Source: Octopus sinensis
Lineage: Eukaryota
Direction of reading: 5' to 3'
Assembly (NCBI RefSeq): GCF_006345805.1
Contig: NC_043004.1
Location: 37,262,001 to 37,326,000, forward strand
DNA: 64,000 bases
A model generated the notes under the pieces. That model did no database searches. It saw only the letters and a program-made list of their open reading frames with translations, and was not told the origin of the DNA. A program made the translations under genes and the position numbers. Shown piece after piece: positions 1 through 12,700 of this stretch. Every line of letters starts with the position of its first letter. Positions within the stretch are counted from its first letter, which is position 1.

Positions 1-38
1 TCAAATCTTCACATTTCTAGTCTTGACCCAATGCCTAT

Positions 39-330
39 TTTTACCTCCACTTTAGCGAAGGCAGAGGTATTGTTTTCAGTCGTGTTTGTTTGTCCATGGA
101 CAAGATATCTCAAGAACCGCGGGATGAATTCGGATGAAACTTTCAGGCATATTTGGCTTCTTGACTGACACGAATTGGTTAGATTTTGGGATTGATCCGG
201 TACCGGACAAGGATTCTGAATTATTTTCCGTTTTTTTTTTTTTTTTTACTTAATTTTTGAGTGCGGTCAGGTTCATTTTTAATATTCACGTTTGTCAGAG
301 CAGTCGAGTTTATTTCAGATATTTTCATTT
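39..330 (+). mobile_element. Non-autonomous Helentron/DINE-1-like (HINE-type) repeat
   Basis: Starts TTTTACCTCCAC..GCAGAGGTATTGTTTT (short sub-terminal hairpin), then GTTTGTTTGTCC..AAGATATCTCAAGAACC..GATGAAACTT, the layout typical of DINE-1/HINE elements. Family assignment is from motif resemblance only. Confidence 0.5.
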
Positions 331-343
331 TATAAATTTTATT

Positions 344-539
344 GATTCGATAATAAAACATACCGACAGATAAAAAGTACGGCTATGGGGACGCAGTTTT
401 CACCCTCAAATGCGAACTTAGTCATGAGATGCTTGGAAGAAAAACCTTATGAGAAAATAGGGAAAACTTTTGATCAGGAATACAAGAAATATATCATTAA
501 AAAGTGGAAACCCTTCTTTGATGTTTGCTTCATTTTGGG
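344..539 (+). mobile_element. Penelope-like element RT fragment
   Basis: Clear nucleotide paralogue of ~52929-53126 (MGTQFSPSNANLVMRCLEEK..KKWKPFFDVCFI vs MGTRFSPSNANLVMRCLEEK..KKWKHFLDDCFI). Confidence 0.85.
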
Positions 540-1434
540 GCGGGGAGACAGATCAAATGAGAACAGATCAAATGTGCCTTAGATTTATTCTTATCATTTA
601 TTATGTATATACTTTTGTAAAGTATGATCATAAAGCGAGCAGCGCGTACATATCTATGTCAGAATTATTATGTGTGAATAGATAAGTCCATATATGTAAG
701 ACTATGCATGTCTATACTAACAAGTTTTATAAGTTAATTCTATGGTATATTTCAGATTTTTCATAGTTTCGTTATTCTACATGAATTGATATAAATACAA
801 ATATTATTATGTGTACATGTATGTTTCATACGTATGTTAGTATAAAAATATGTGTATGCATCAATGAGAATAAAATGTATGCGTATGTATGTGATAGATG
901 GATGGATGGGTGGATGGATGGATAGAAGGATTTCCTGCATATTAAATGTTAGCAATAGAAAGCAACATGGATACATGTACTCATGTGCACACAAGTACTT
1001 TGCCCATAAGAAACACGCAATGCGTGAGTATTGATTGCTTTGTTCAGGGTTAAGATCTAAATACCTGACTAATCTATAAAAGAAAGGATGAAGTAACCCA
1101 GCATCCGTACGCTACCAGATTTACATAGCTGGATTTTAAAAAATTGTTTGTTGCTTTCTATACATAAAGACAGAAGTTCCGCTTTAGCTGTCATTCACCG
1201 AGGAAGTATGTGGCACTGAAGAGGCGAAATCATGTTGAAAGGCCGTGTCTTGGTAGTCTACTAGAATCTCTTAGATTTTGACTTGATGTGTATTTACACG
1301 AAAGCTCTATAGGGAGAAATTCTTCTCCTAGATAAAATTCAGTAGCGAATATATTTCATATTCTGGTGGAGAGAAGTGTATTAAAAATATATTTATACAT
1401 CTTTACATCCTCAGTACTTCGTATGCTTATACTT

Positions 1435-1465
<31 letters not shown>

Positions 1466-1739
1466 ATGTATGTATACATGAATATATACGCATGCATGTG
1501 CGTGTGTATTAGGAAAGTTTATGAAGATTTGTGTGCATCTATTTCAGTGTGTGTATATCTAGACGATTAATTGTAAGATGTGATATTTATTACAAATTCG
1601 CCGATGTTTATTAACAGAATGAACAATTTTTAACGATATAACAAAGAGATATTCATCAGACTTGGAACGCTTTAAAATAATGACTATGTTGTTTCTTGAA
1701 AGACACAGATAACTGAATGCCTCTCTTATTTATTACATG

Positions 1740-1767
1740 TGTGTGTGTATGTGTATATATACGCACA

Positions 1768-1811
<44 letters not shown>

Positions 1812-1925
1812 TTATTTACATGCATATATGTATGTGTATAAGTATGTGTGTGTATGTATGTATGTATGCATGTATGTATGTAATTATGTATGTATGTATG
1901 TATGTATGTATGTATGTATGTATGT
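1740..1925. repeat. Compound microsatellite (TA)n/(CA)n/(TATG)n
   Basis: Direct reading. Confidence 0.95.
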
Positions 1926-2079
1926 GCGGCCTAATTGGCATCACGAATCTACTAATTGGTTATCGATAATTGACACACTAGCCTGAAGTACTTCGCGCGT
2001 GTGTGTGCAAATACGTATGTATGTGCATTTATGTGTATGTGTGTGTGTGTGTGTTTGCTTTTGTGTGTATATTTGTATA

Positions 2080-2155
2080 TTAGGTTGGTACAAAAACAAT
2101 TACCACTTTTGTTGTTAAAATTGACGCATATTTTGGAATAAACTTTTGTTTAACT
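2080..2155 (+). mobile_element. Mariner (Hsmar1/cecropia-like) terminal fragment
   Basis: TA followed by TTAGGTTGGTACAAAAACAATTAC..TTGTTAAAATTGACG..TTGGAATA, resembling the mariner left end TTAGGTTGGTGCAAAAGTAATTGC. Confidence 0.5.
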
Positions 2156-2164
2156 ATCTTCATA

Positions 2165-2191
2165 TAATATATGTGTGTGTGTGTGTTATGC

Positions 2192-2254
<63 letters not shown>

Positions 2255-2310
2255 TATATATACATGCATGCATACAAGCATACATATATACGTGCACATA
2301 TATATATAAG
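2165..2310. repeat. (TA)n/(TG)n microsatellite
   Basis: Direct reading. Confidence 0.95.
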
Positions 2311-2590
2311 GAAGAGGAAAGAGAGAGACAGAGACATTTGAAATGTAAAGAGACACCATTTTCGAAAGATTTATTTCTAGAAACAAAATAATGTCATCTG
2401 ATGCATTTGAATACTTAAGCAAGTAATCTCGTCTTTAGTAGACATGCCTTGTGCATAATACCTTAACAAGTTTGTAGTATCGGATATTGTCTGCACAGAT
2501 AAAACGACACGATGAGGCCTGTCAATTTAATTCTTAGATGTGTGTATATGATATATATAATATAGATATATAAATATCAAATATATAATA

Positions 2591-3008
2591 GGCGCAGGAG
2601 TGGCTGTGTAGTAAGTAGCTTGCTAACCAACCACATGGTTCCGGGTTCAGTCCCACTGCGTGGCATCTTGGGCAAGTGTCTTCTGCTATAGCCCCGGGCC
2701 GACCAATGCCTTGTGAGTGGATTTGGTAGACGGAAACTGAAAGAAGCCTGTCGTATATATATATATATGTATATGTGTGTGTGTGTGTGTTTGTGTGTCT
2801 GTGTTTGTCCCCCTAGCATTGCTTGACAACCGATGCTGGTGTGTTTACGTCCCCGTCACTTAGCGGTTCGGCAAAAGAGACCGATAGAATAAGCACTGGG
2901 CTTACAAAGAATAAGTCCCGGGGTCGATTTGCTCGACTAAAGGCGGTGCTCCAGCATGGCCGCAGTCAAAATGACTGAAACAAGTAAAAGAGTGAAAGAG
3001 TAAAGAGA
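2591..3008 (+). mobile_element. tRNA-derived SINE, family A (full length)
   Basis: Pol III A-box-like TGGCTGTGTAG and B-box-like GGTTCAGTCCC, internal (TA)n(TG)n, conserved 3' body and AAAGAGT-repeat tail. At least five copies in the window. Confidence 0.9.
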
Positions 3009-4820
3009 GTAATACATATATACATATATAATAGATATTTATATATAATAATAATGTGTGTGTGTGTGTGTGTGTATGTGTGTGTGTGTGTGTGCTTGTA
3101 TTGTGGCTGTTAAACAAATAATGATAAAAGAAGTGAAATTCCAACAATTTTATTGGGTTAAAATTCGATCACCTTGTAGTAGAAATTGATTTCAATATCG
3201 ACTAAGCACTTAACCAGAGAAGCATCAATGAACAACCAAGCATACTTTGGTTTTCATGATGAGATGTCTAAACCGAGCTGAAGTGCCAAAACATTTCCCC
3301 AAAGCGAAGTTCCACTAGAAGACTATGGCCAAAGTTTGATAGCCGACAAATGATATTACCCTCAAATGTTCCTTGAATTCTGACGAAACCTTCAAATTAG
3401 GGAAGTGTTGCCAAGAAATGGACAAAATGCACTAAGAGCTGTTGTGTTTTAGCGCAGTTTGGTCAATCGAAAAAGAGCAATTTTTCTTCATACCAAATCC
3501 CTATTATATGTCTGGTAAATGACTATAAACTATAAAGAGACTAAGATTCGAAACCCTGCCACACACAGCTTTACTTCCTAACCTTCTCTCAACCACCTTT
3601 CCAAATATCTCTATTCCTTACTGTCTACAAAGGTCTCCAATATCTAAGTAACAGTTCAAAACACTTTCAATAGATTCATTAGTTCCAAGACTCCAGGATT
3701 CTAGGATATCGGAACAAATAGACTTTTTTGGCAAAATATGTATATTGTAGTGTTTATTTCAATCAGGAAGCTGAGATATAGTGTTTTAAAATTGTGTGTT
3801 AATAAGCGAAAATGCTTCTGCACCAACCCGATAGACGTGCGCTGTGGAAAAGTCATAACAGAAGACTGCGTTTTAATCACTCTCGGTTGCATTTTTTGGC
3901 AATAACTTCATCTTGAACTTCATAAATTGAGAGTTTTATCTTGTTCTGGCAAAATATTATATCCTAATATTGGCACAAGCTCAGTCATTATAGGAGAAGG
4001 TGCGTATAAAAAATATTTCCAGTACTAGTGTAAAACCAATTTTATCGACTCGGGAAGTAGGGAAGAGAAATGCAATCCGAGAAGTATTTGAAGTGAAGAC
4101 GTAAAAAAGAAAATTGAAGAGAATGTAAACAAGCCTTAAATACATTTAGGCAGTTCAAAACATTTGAAATTGTGTAAAATGGATTTCGCGAAAGCGTTAA
4201 TGTAGATGGCTTCGTTATACAGCTTGTGTTTAATAGTTACATTTAGCCATTGGCTTCTGTAGAAGATTGGGAGAGGTGACTTATATTCACAAGGTAATCG
4301 ATTATAGAAAGAATACATTTGTGATACTATCGATCAAGATAGATAAGAATGTCTCAATGGAACTTAGTTACCTGAAGGTAAGAGAGATAGATGGCGCCTT
4401 ACCAAATGTATTCAAGTGTTTAGTTATGTATCTTTACGTTCTGCGTTCAAATTTTGTCGACGACTTAATCGAATAATCAAATAGACCAGAATCGATTAAA
4501 ATTGGTTGTTCCTACCCCAACACCATATTTGTGACCTCGTGTCAGTATTTTCAGAAATCCTAATTATTTGACTATTGCGAAGATCGGTAGTTTACCGACA
4601 AATGAAATGCATTATATTTAGAAAACTGTGCCCTTGTTTCTAGCTATGATTTACTTAGTGTGCCATCCCCTCCATGAAGTAAGAACCAGCAAAATGTTGG
4701 GAACAATCTAATCGACCATCACCTTCGCTTCCTAATATTTTATGATCTGGTGCCTCTGCTAGAAATTATTGTTGCTAGAGAACTTGCTACGTTCTGCGAG
4801 TGGCAGTATGTGTATTGATA

Positions 4821-4990
4821 ACGCTGCGTTCTGAGTTCAATGTCCGCCGAGGTCGACTTTGCCTTTCATCCTTTCGGGGTCGATAAATTAAGTACCAGTT
4901 ACGCACTGGGGTCGATGTAACCGACTTAATCCGTTTGTCTGCCCTTGTTCGTCCTCTCTGTGTTTAGCCCCTTGTGGGTAGTAAAGAAAT
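4821..4990 (+). mobile_element. 5'-truncated SINE, family C (Meta/MESC-like core), with 16-bp TSD
   Basis: Core GTCGACTTTGCCTTTCATCCTTTCGGGGTCGATAAATTAAGTACCAG. Direct repeat AGTATGTGTATTGATA at 4805-4820 and 4991-5006. The Meta/MESC label is from recall. Confidence 0.85.
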
Positions 4991-5164
4991 AGTATGTGTA
5001 TTGATATGACTGACCTTACATCTCTATATATACAAATACAGACATGCTTACATGCATACATAAACACAGACAATTAGAAATAGGCGAACATCATGCGGAT
5101 ACACACGCGCACACATATACACACGTACACAAATGTGTCTGTGTGTGCACGCGCGCGTCTATTG

Positions 5165-5800
5165 TCAGTGGATCATCCAACAACATCGGCGACAACAATG
5201 GCAACGGCGGAGGCGGTGGCAGCGGAAATGCGTTGAGCGACAGAAACACCAGCACCGACAGCCTCAACTGCAGCACCAGCGCTACGGCCGGAGATGACCA
5301 GCGAAGCTACCAGTCCCACGCCCAGAATAAACAGTGACGACAAGTAGAACACAATCGGCAACAGCAGCAACAGCAGCAACACCATGGCTGGAGATGACCT
5401 CTGCTACAGCAACCATTACAGTGATATCGCCGGACCCACGCCCTGTAATAATAGCACCGATGACAGCTCCAACAACAGCAGCGGCAACAACAACTCCAGG
5501 CCCGAAGCCTACGGAAGATACACAAGAGAGGCGTGAACCAGCATTCAAGTCCGGAGATACATCGAGTCAGCCGGAACTGGCTTTAAACGGCACCTATACA
5601 ACTACAGATTCTTTTTTAGGGTTCGAGAAAGACGTCCTTGGCCAGCCACGTGTGGCGTCTTAAGGATGAAAGAACTCCATACGAAACTAAATTGAGGGTC
5701 TTAGAGCAACCGGAGTCCTGTATAAACGGGGGCTGACGATGCAAGTTCTGCATAGTATGGCGGGCAAGAATCCTTAAAGACACGTTATCTATAGCCCCTG
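5165..5800 (+). other. GC-rich, codon-periodic low-complexity island of unknown identity (degraded coding sequence?)
   Basis: T/A/P-rich or N/G/S-rich reading frames with stops and a frameshift; internal repeat GGAGATGACC. No recognisable domain. Confidence 0.3.
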
Positions 5801-5949
5801 CCCCCATTTCAGACTTACAAACATTAAGTATTCCTCAATCTAAGAATAATTCAGCAGACGGAGGTTGTAGAGAAGGGCCATTAAGATTTACCTCCTTTGA
5901 TTTTTTATTAACTCGCCAATGCCACAGTCCTGAGGTGTCAAGAAATCAT

Positions 5950-6156
5950 CAACTTTAATTTTATGCTTGTACATTGAATAGTAGAGAGAAAGGAATTTTT
6001 CTTCAGAAGCAGAGTTACCAAGATATTGGTGTTTACTATTATATATTTGCCATTATAATTACAAAGCGGCAGTAATGGAAAATAAGTTGATACAAAAGAG
6101 AGATTTGAAAGTAACTAAATTCAGAAAAAAACGAGATGGTTCTTTTGGAAGGGCTG
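5950..6156. mobile_element. Tc1/mariner-type terminal fragment (right end)
   Basis: Ends TTCTTTTGGAAGGGCTG|TA; its reverse complement resembles TA|CAGCCCTTAAAAAAG at 11130-11146. Confidence 0.35.
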
Positions 6157-6691
6157 TATATATTGCCCGCCTTTATAATCAATTTAATTCAATATCATTG
6201 TAGTAAACTTAATATTATCAAGAATTACTTGAAATATACATAGAAACCAATCTGTATGGTGATGAAATGGTTTCTATAGACATTTGAAACTATCGTAACC
6301 TTGAATAAAGTTATGTAACTTCAACACTTTTCTCATTTACACAATGTTTCCAGAACATTTCTCAAAACACGAAAGTAAAATGATTGTATTCGTTATTGTA
6401 TTAATTTGAATATATTTGCCAATAACGTCTTCCCTTTTATTTGTTATAAGTGACAACCATTCTGAATATTTATATGTGTATGGGTGTGTATGCATTCTGG
6501 TGGGGATACACTTAATCCGATATCCCCCACCTCGAATTCTTGTGTACCTTTGAAGAAGTTCACTCTGCTGAAAGGATTCGGACCCGGTCCCTCATCTTAG
6601 GATGACTTCCTTTCTACTTCCCTTCAAATTCGAAGACCCTGAAAAATAAAGGGACGTAAGCACGCCTTTGCCCTCCCTCGCTAAGCGCTAA

Positions 6692-6736
<45 letters not shown>

Positions 6737-7766
6737 TTTCTGAGTTTTCTAAAGAGTTCTGTATAGATTGTAAACGATAACATCAATGGTTATGTCAACC
6801 ATAAAATGCCAAATTGTACTTAATATTAGAACATACGTAGACTCACTCATTATCATTACACAGCACTCGAGTTTTTAGCATGATTAATTTTAAAAGTTAC
6901 CGTCTACTAACTTAGCTAATACAGACCTGTCATGCGATAAATTTAGACAGAAAATTCAGTTCACATTTCTGACTACCGTAACACATTTTCAGATATATTT
7001 CTGGATATTTGGCAACAGAATTTCTTGATAGTAACATTTACTACACATAAATTAGTTTGAGGTTCACTAGAGACTAAGATGTTTCAAAAAGTGGCTGGCG
7101 AACAATAAAATAGAGTTGAGTTTAGATGTGCTTTGATTGCATTTAATCTTTATCAATAGTATATCGAACCCCAAAAGGAAAACAATGGACTCTCTGAAGG
7201 CATAGGCCTCTATATGATTCCAATCCGAGACTGACACCATTTTACTCCATCTACACCGATAATACCTTTCAGAAACTATGAATGTCACACTTTCTATTCA
7301 GTATAATCATAAAATGAAGATCTTTTTTTTATTAATGAAGTCGTGAGGGTCTTAGTGTTTAACTGATGGAATATACCTCAGGAGAGAGTTACGGGCACCA
7401 AATGCACTTACAATAGAGTCTTATTTACATATTAGTGTGAGCCGAAAAACTTTGAATAACTAAGATTTCTCTTACAATAAATAAACAAAATCTCCCCCAA
7501 GAAGTGTTTAAATGGGAAAAGAGAAAAGACAACCAGGAAACTGGAAAATGAACATTTTGGGGAGATAGCGAGAGACGATATCGGATGGCCTTACCAATTG
7601 GTTTAAGGAATACCGAGCCCATAATATACTGAGTTGCGTGGAAACAAGGGGATGTAGAGCTCCATCATCACCGATACCTGCAAGTATGGCACGTGAAGAA
7701 AAAATCGAAGTGCAGTCAATGTTTTCCTGTTTGTCCTCTGAAGAATATTACAACTGTAACTAAAGT

Positions 7767-7899
7767 GGCAAGGTGGCAGAATAGTAACCGCGCCGGATAA
7801 GATGCTTAGCCGCATTTCGTCCGTCTTTATGTTCAGGGACCATAGTACACCGATGTCGACTTTGCCTTTCATCTTTTCATGTGTCGATAAAATAAGCAC
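7767..7899 (+). mobile_element. Degraded SINE, family C (head + core)
   Basis: GGCAAGGTGGCAGAATAG..ATGCTTAGC..CATTTCGTC head followed by GTCGACTTTGCCTTTCATC core. Confidence 0.75.
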
Positions 7900-8397
7900 A
7901 ACATAGATAACATAGATGAAGATACGTACATATCATAACTGCATATAATTTACTATAAGTATCTTAATGAATCGACACCAGACTGAAATATTCAAAGCAA
8001 CAGATCCTTCTTTCAGATATATTGGGAAATATATGTATTAAGAAGTACACTTCGGCCAACAATAGATGGCTATGAATATAACCATCTGTGTATCATACTT
8101 AATGCAGATATCTCGGTATTCACCTAAAGATAATATCTCTAGTGGACGCACTGCGTCGAAAAATACAAAGCTATATCAGTAGCCGACGAAAATTGTCCGT
8201 CAGCAGTGGTGAGAAAGCTAGATGCTCACTTCTGCCTCGTTGTGTTTTGTCTATAACGTGTACCCACTGCCAACCGCAGGCTAAGACAAAATTTATGTTG
8301 TTAATGAGAAAATTATTCTGAGTTCAATGCTAATCCGAATTTTCATTGATTTTTAATAGTATCGACATTTTCATATATACATATAAACAAACGCAGG

Positions 8398-8399
<2 letters not shown>

Positions 8400-8487
<88 letters not shown>

Positions 8488-8500
8488 GTGTGTGTATGTG
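8400..8500. repeat. (GT)n microsatellite
   Basis: Direct reading. Confidence 0.97.
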
Positions 8501-9114
8501 CGCGTGTTACATTTGAGGTTACGCTTTTTAACTGAACAGTGACTGACCGATCTATTCTGAAGCTTTCAATATTTATTCTTCAGGCTCCACACAAATTCGA
8601 ACAAGCAAGTTGTGTTAAAGTTTTCTTGCTTCCTAAAGACTATGTATGTTTAATATGGCTGGTATAATTCAACGCAGATCTCAATTAGATTTTTCTAAAA
8701 ATCTCTCTTGTCAGTGGACATTCATATGGCGAGAAATTATAAGTTTGTTTTCTTTACAGAAAACTATTTTAAATGAGTCAAATTTTCTTCAAAGCAAATC
8801 AAAAACTCTATTAACACGTATTATTTGGCTCCATCGCAGGACTGCTGAGGAATTATTTGAGATTACAAATATTTCTGAAGTTTCTTTTGATATTTATAGC
8901 AGCTGTAAAAAAAGCACAGTTCAATAGTTGTAATTGTGCATTTTCATTGTCTCTAACGATACAATTGATTAGTTTTAATATGAGAATTATTGTTTGCTTA
9001 CCCTCTCATCAAAAGTTGTAAAAAGCTTCTAAAGATGTAGTTTTAAAATTGTAATAAAGCAGCATCTTGGTGTGCGTGTGTGTGTTTTTCTTCTAGAACA
9101 GTTATGTATATATA

Positions 9115-9471
9115 GGCGCAGGAATGGCTGTGTGGTAAGTAGCTTGTTTACTATAGCCTCGGGCCGACCAAAGCCTTGTGAGTGGATTTGGTAGATGGAA
9201 ACTGAAAGAAGCCCGTCGTATATATGTATATATATATATGCATGTGTGTGTTTGTGTGTCTGTGTTTGCCCCCCTTGTATTGCTTGACAACCGATGCTGG
9301 TGTGTTTATGTCCCCGTTACTTAGCGGTTCGGCAAAAGAGACCGATAGAATAAGTACTGGGCTTACAAAAGAATAAGTCCCGGGGTCGAGTTGCTCGATT
9401 AAAGGCGGTGCTCCAGCATGGCCGCAGTCAAATGACTGAAACAAGTAAAAGAGTAAAAGAGTAAAAGAGTA
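9115..9471 (+). mobile_element. SINE family A with internal deletion in the head
   Basis: Matches 2591-3008 but lacks the segment between AGCTTG.. and CTATAGCC; (AAAAGAGT)n tail. Confidence 0.9.
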
Positions 9472-9807
9472 ATATATTGACAGCGGTGTCGTAACTGTGG
9501 CGGGGAAGATGCTGTCTGTGAGCTGTTTACATTTTTGTGAATCTTCCATGGCAAGGTTTGGGTGGTTTCCGATGTCATTTCATAATCGAAGAATATAAAA
9601 ATTGTAATAACACTATTTATGACAGACATTTTCTAACTAAAACGTACATTCTATGAAAGTTGCTTAGCTGTGAAATTAAATTTTGATACACTTATACAAG
9701 CAATATGATTTTCTCGAGTAGCATCGAATGAATATTGGTTTAAATACTGAAACTAAGTGAATATATAAGAATGCCTACCACACATATTTGGTAGTGAAAA
9801 AAAAAGA

Positions 9808-10062
9808 TGATTAAAGGTTTTTCCCGAGCCATAGCCTCATAAAACCTGTTTCCTGGATCCTGTGGCGTTTGTATTCCACGTCCCTGGACAGGACGCTGGT
9901 CCATCACAGTATTATTCCATTTTTGCCGGCTGAATGGACCGGAGCAACGTGAAACGAGGTGTTTTGCTCAATAACATAACGCATCGCCCGGTCCAGGAAT
10001 CGCTACCACAACCTTACAAACATGAGTACAACATGCTATCCTCTAAGACACGCATTTCCACC
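9808..10062 (-). mobile_element. tRNA-derived SINE, family B (V-domain-like), degraded
   Basis: Minus strand ACCGGGCGATGCG..GAGCAAAACACC..GTGATGGACCAGCGTCCTGTCCAGGG..ATGGCTCGGGAAAAAC parallels 39067-39368. Confidence 0.7.
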
Positions 10063-11131
10063 ATATTTGGCAATAAGCTAGGTGTTAATGTAATTGTTTT
10101 TATCATTGTCAGCCTAGACTGTCGAAGTATATTTCCGTAGAGTGGGAAAATATATTTCGTAATATGGTCTGAATAAAGATGTGCTGCTGAGCAAAAGTTT
10201 AAGATAAACTAACAGAAAAAGCATGTTTTCGATGTTGGGAGAGTGAGGTCAAACATTGTAGTAAACATTGGAACTCATAGTTTTGAATGGTCTTTTAAGC
10301 CAGTAGGCCTACCTTTATCCTATTTATGTATTTATGCATGAATGTACGTATTTATGTGTTTATTTGCATGCAGTAACTTTATTTTTTGAAATCTTCCTTC
10401 AAGAAAGGAGGTAGTTTCAGCAAATTCCGCGACTGGAATTTCTACTACATTAAGATAACGGGTTTGCTGAAATGGACGAGCTTAAGCATAATGATTTGAA
10501 GCGTTTTATTTTCTTCTTCGCCGATCTGTGTTCGAATACGACCAAGCTAAAATTTCGTTTTACGTATGCGCGAGATGAAATATATTATGAAACACCTTCT
10601 CTCTAAGAAACGAACTTTGTATTTAACCATTGCCAAACTAACTGAACACAAAGCTAGAATCTGCTGTATAAAGTAACATGCTTGGATTACCAAACTCCAT
10701 ATCGGAATGTTTACTGCAGTCTTTTACGGTGTATATTTGGGGAAATTGTTCTGTGATTCATATCAAATGGTTCAAGGACAAACTAGATGAAAGCAAACAT
10801 GGATCACGAAAATAACCAACAGGCACAGATTTCAACAGCCAAATACTGAAGAAATGCAAAGACAACTTCTAAATTCTATAAATTCTGTCTACATACAGCA
10901 TTTATCTAGCATCGTTTTATTTTGGAAGAATAAAATTACTTCTTAAATGTGCCATTTCCTTTCATTAAATCTCGGTTTAAATTGGATTTTCACACGACAA
11001 TTACACTTTCTGCGGCAGAGGAAAAGCAGAAGAGACACCTTTGACAAATTGAGAATGTAATTTGGAGTTTGTTCTGGTAGTTCTGGTCATTTATTCTATC
11101 CACTGAGAAGTACCTGTACATAGAAGTTATA

Positions 11132-11165
11132 CAGCCCTTAAAAAAGATACTGAATCCGACTGCCC
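11132..11165 (+). mobile_element. Tc1/mariner-type TIR (left end)
   Basis: TA|CAGCCCTTAAAAAAGATACTGAATCC, similar to the reverse complement of the end at 6156. Matching partner end not located. Confidence 0.3.
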
Positions 11166-11932
11166 TGGAAAACCCACCAAGTAATGATGGGCAACTCTGT
11201 CCAAAGCCTCAGAACTCTTTGATAATATGTTTGTTACCCAACAGTTCTATAATGTATCACATGAGCTAGATGTTATTGAGGCGAGATCTGCCTGGAATCG
11301 TGTAGAGTTATACTTTCCCAACCACACTGCCAATGACAAGTTCCAATAAGCAGAAAATCATCAATTATGTTTCCCTTGTTTACACTCTTCCGCTGCGGTG
11401 CTACCACTTCCCCGCTCTGCTACCAGTTGCAACAAAAGTCTATCAAGATATCGGTAATCAAGTCTGGCATCTATACATAAATCCCATAGAGCAGACCATG
11501 TACAACTATTTGCTGCCAACCCATATCTCACTTGCTGCTATTCCTTTTCCATAACACTCTATATCTTCAATCAAAATAATACCACGCGGTAGATCATCAA
11601 GGTAGTCATTATAGCCGCCGACCCACCGTCCGCCCGGCACATTTGAGCAACAATCCAGCTGGAAAGTCGCACGAATCTGCTTGAATTGAACAGTAAATTC
11701 CCATTTCGGTCCATGCCACTAAAATACTATCACTTCCTTAGTTTTTTTCGATCTTAAAGGCACAAGGTAACTTACAAGCCGGACAGTAGCAACTGCGAAT
11801 CTCTGGTCACCCGCTCAGCCGTCTCCTCCGTTGTCGCTGCTCTTTAGGAGGTCATCACAAGATCCATGGTTGTACATATTGGCCATTATTGAACTTTATG
11901 AACAACCATAAACAAGAAAACAAGTATATGTA

Positions 11933-11965
<33 letters not shown>

Positions 11966-12559
11966 AATATAAATGCTTATAAGCGTATGCAAGTGTTTAA
12001 TGGATATATTCTGTGAATTCATAGAAGTATAAAGATCTGTTCACGCTTCAGACAAGGTGGCCATTTAAGTCGAATCATAATTATGTCAACCATAGAATGG
12101 AGGATCTCTAGAAACAGATGCATTTTTATTTTGGGTATTTATTCTTACAATACAATGCATTCTGATGGTAAATAGGAACCTTCAAAAATCTGATAATAGA
12201 AATTAGAATATGTTGTAAACATCTGTTTCTACAAAAGAGAGTGTGTAATGTATTAGAGCATAAAATTCATTAGGCGTGTAATATCGAAAGATTTCTTCAA
12301 GGATAACATTACTTCTGCAACCATGAAATAGATGTGTTGAAGATATTTATGAAAATGTCTGTAAATAATGATAATGGTTCAACAAATCTCTTCCGCCCAG
12401 TGCCATTCAATTGAAAATGATATTTATCCTTTCCACTCAGAGAGAAACGTATAAACTTAAGCAAGTCATTCGTAAAACGTTAATACAAGTTGCCATTAGT
12501 CATGGCAATGCTGACTGCATCTAAGAGTAATTTTGTTCTCAGCATTTCTGTTTTTCAAC

Positions 12560-12700
12560 AATAAACGGTCCACTCATTAATTCTTTAGCAAGTTCAGTGA
12601 ATCTGTGCTGCCCTGAGATGGTCTAATAAGATTGAAACACGTCGCAGTTTGTCTCCATTATTTTCAGAAATACATATAAATCAATGGCTATTAGCTTAAT
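12560..12700 (+). mobile_element. Decayed Penelope-type terminal fragment with degenerate hammerhead
   Basis: CTGC-CCTGAGA-TGGTCTAATAAGATT-GAAAC-AC-GTC-GCAG at 12608-12647: stem I CTGC/GCAG and a GUC site, but the core is damaged. Confidence 0.45.

Noticed and set aside
6570-6605. Hammerhead look-alike on the minus strand (AAGATGA-G-GGAC-CGG-GTCC-GAAT)
   Set aside because: Three core mismatches and no convincing stem I or NUH site.
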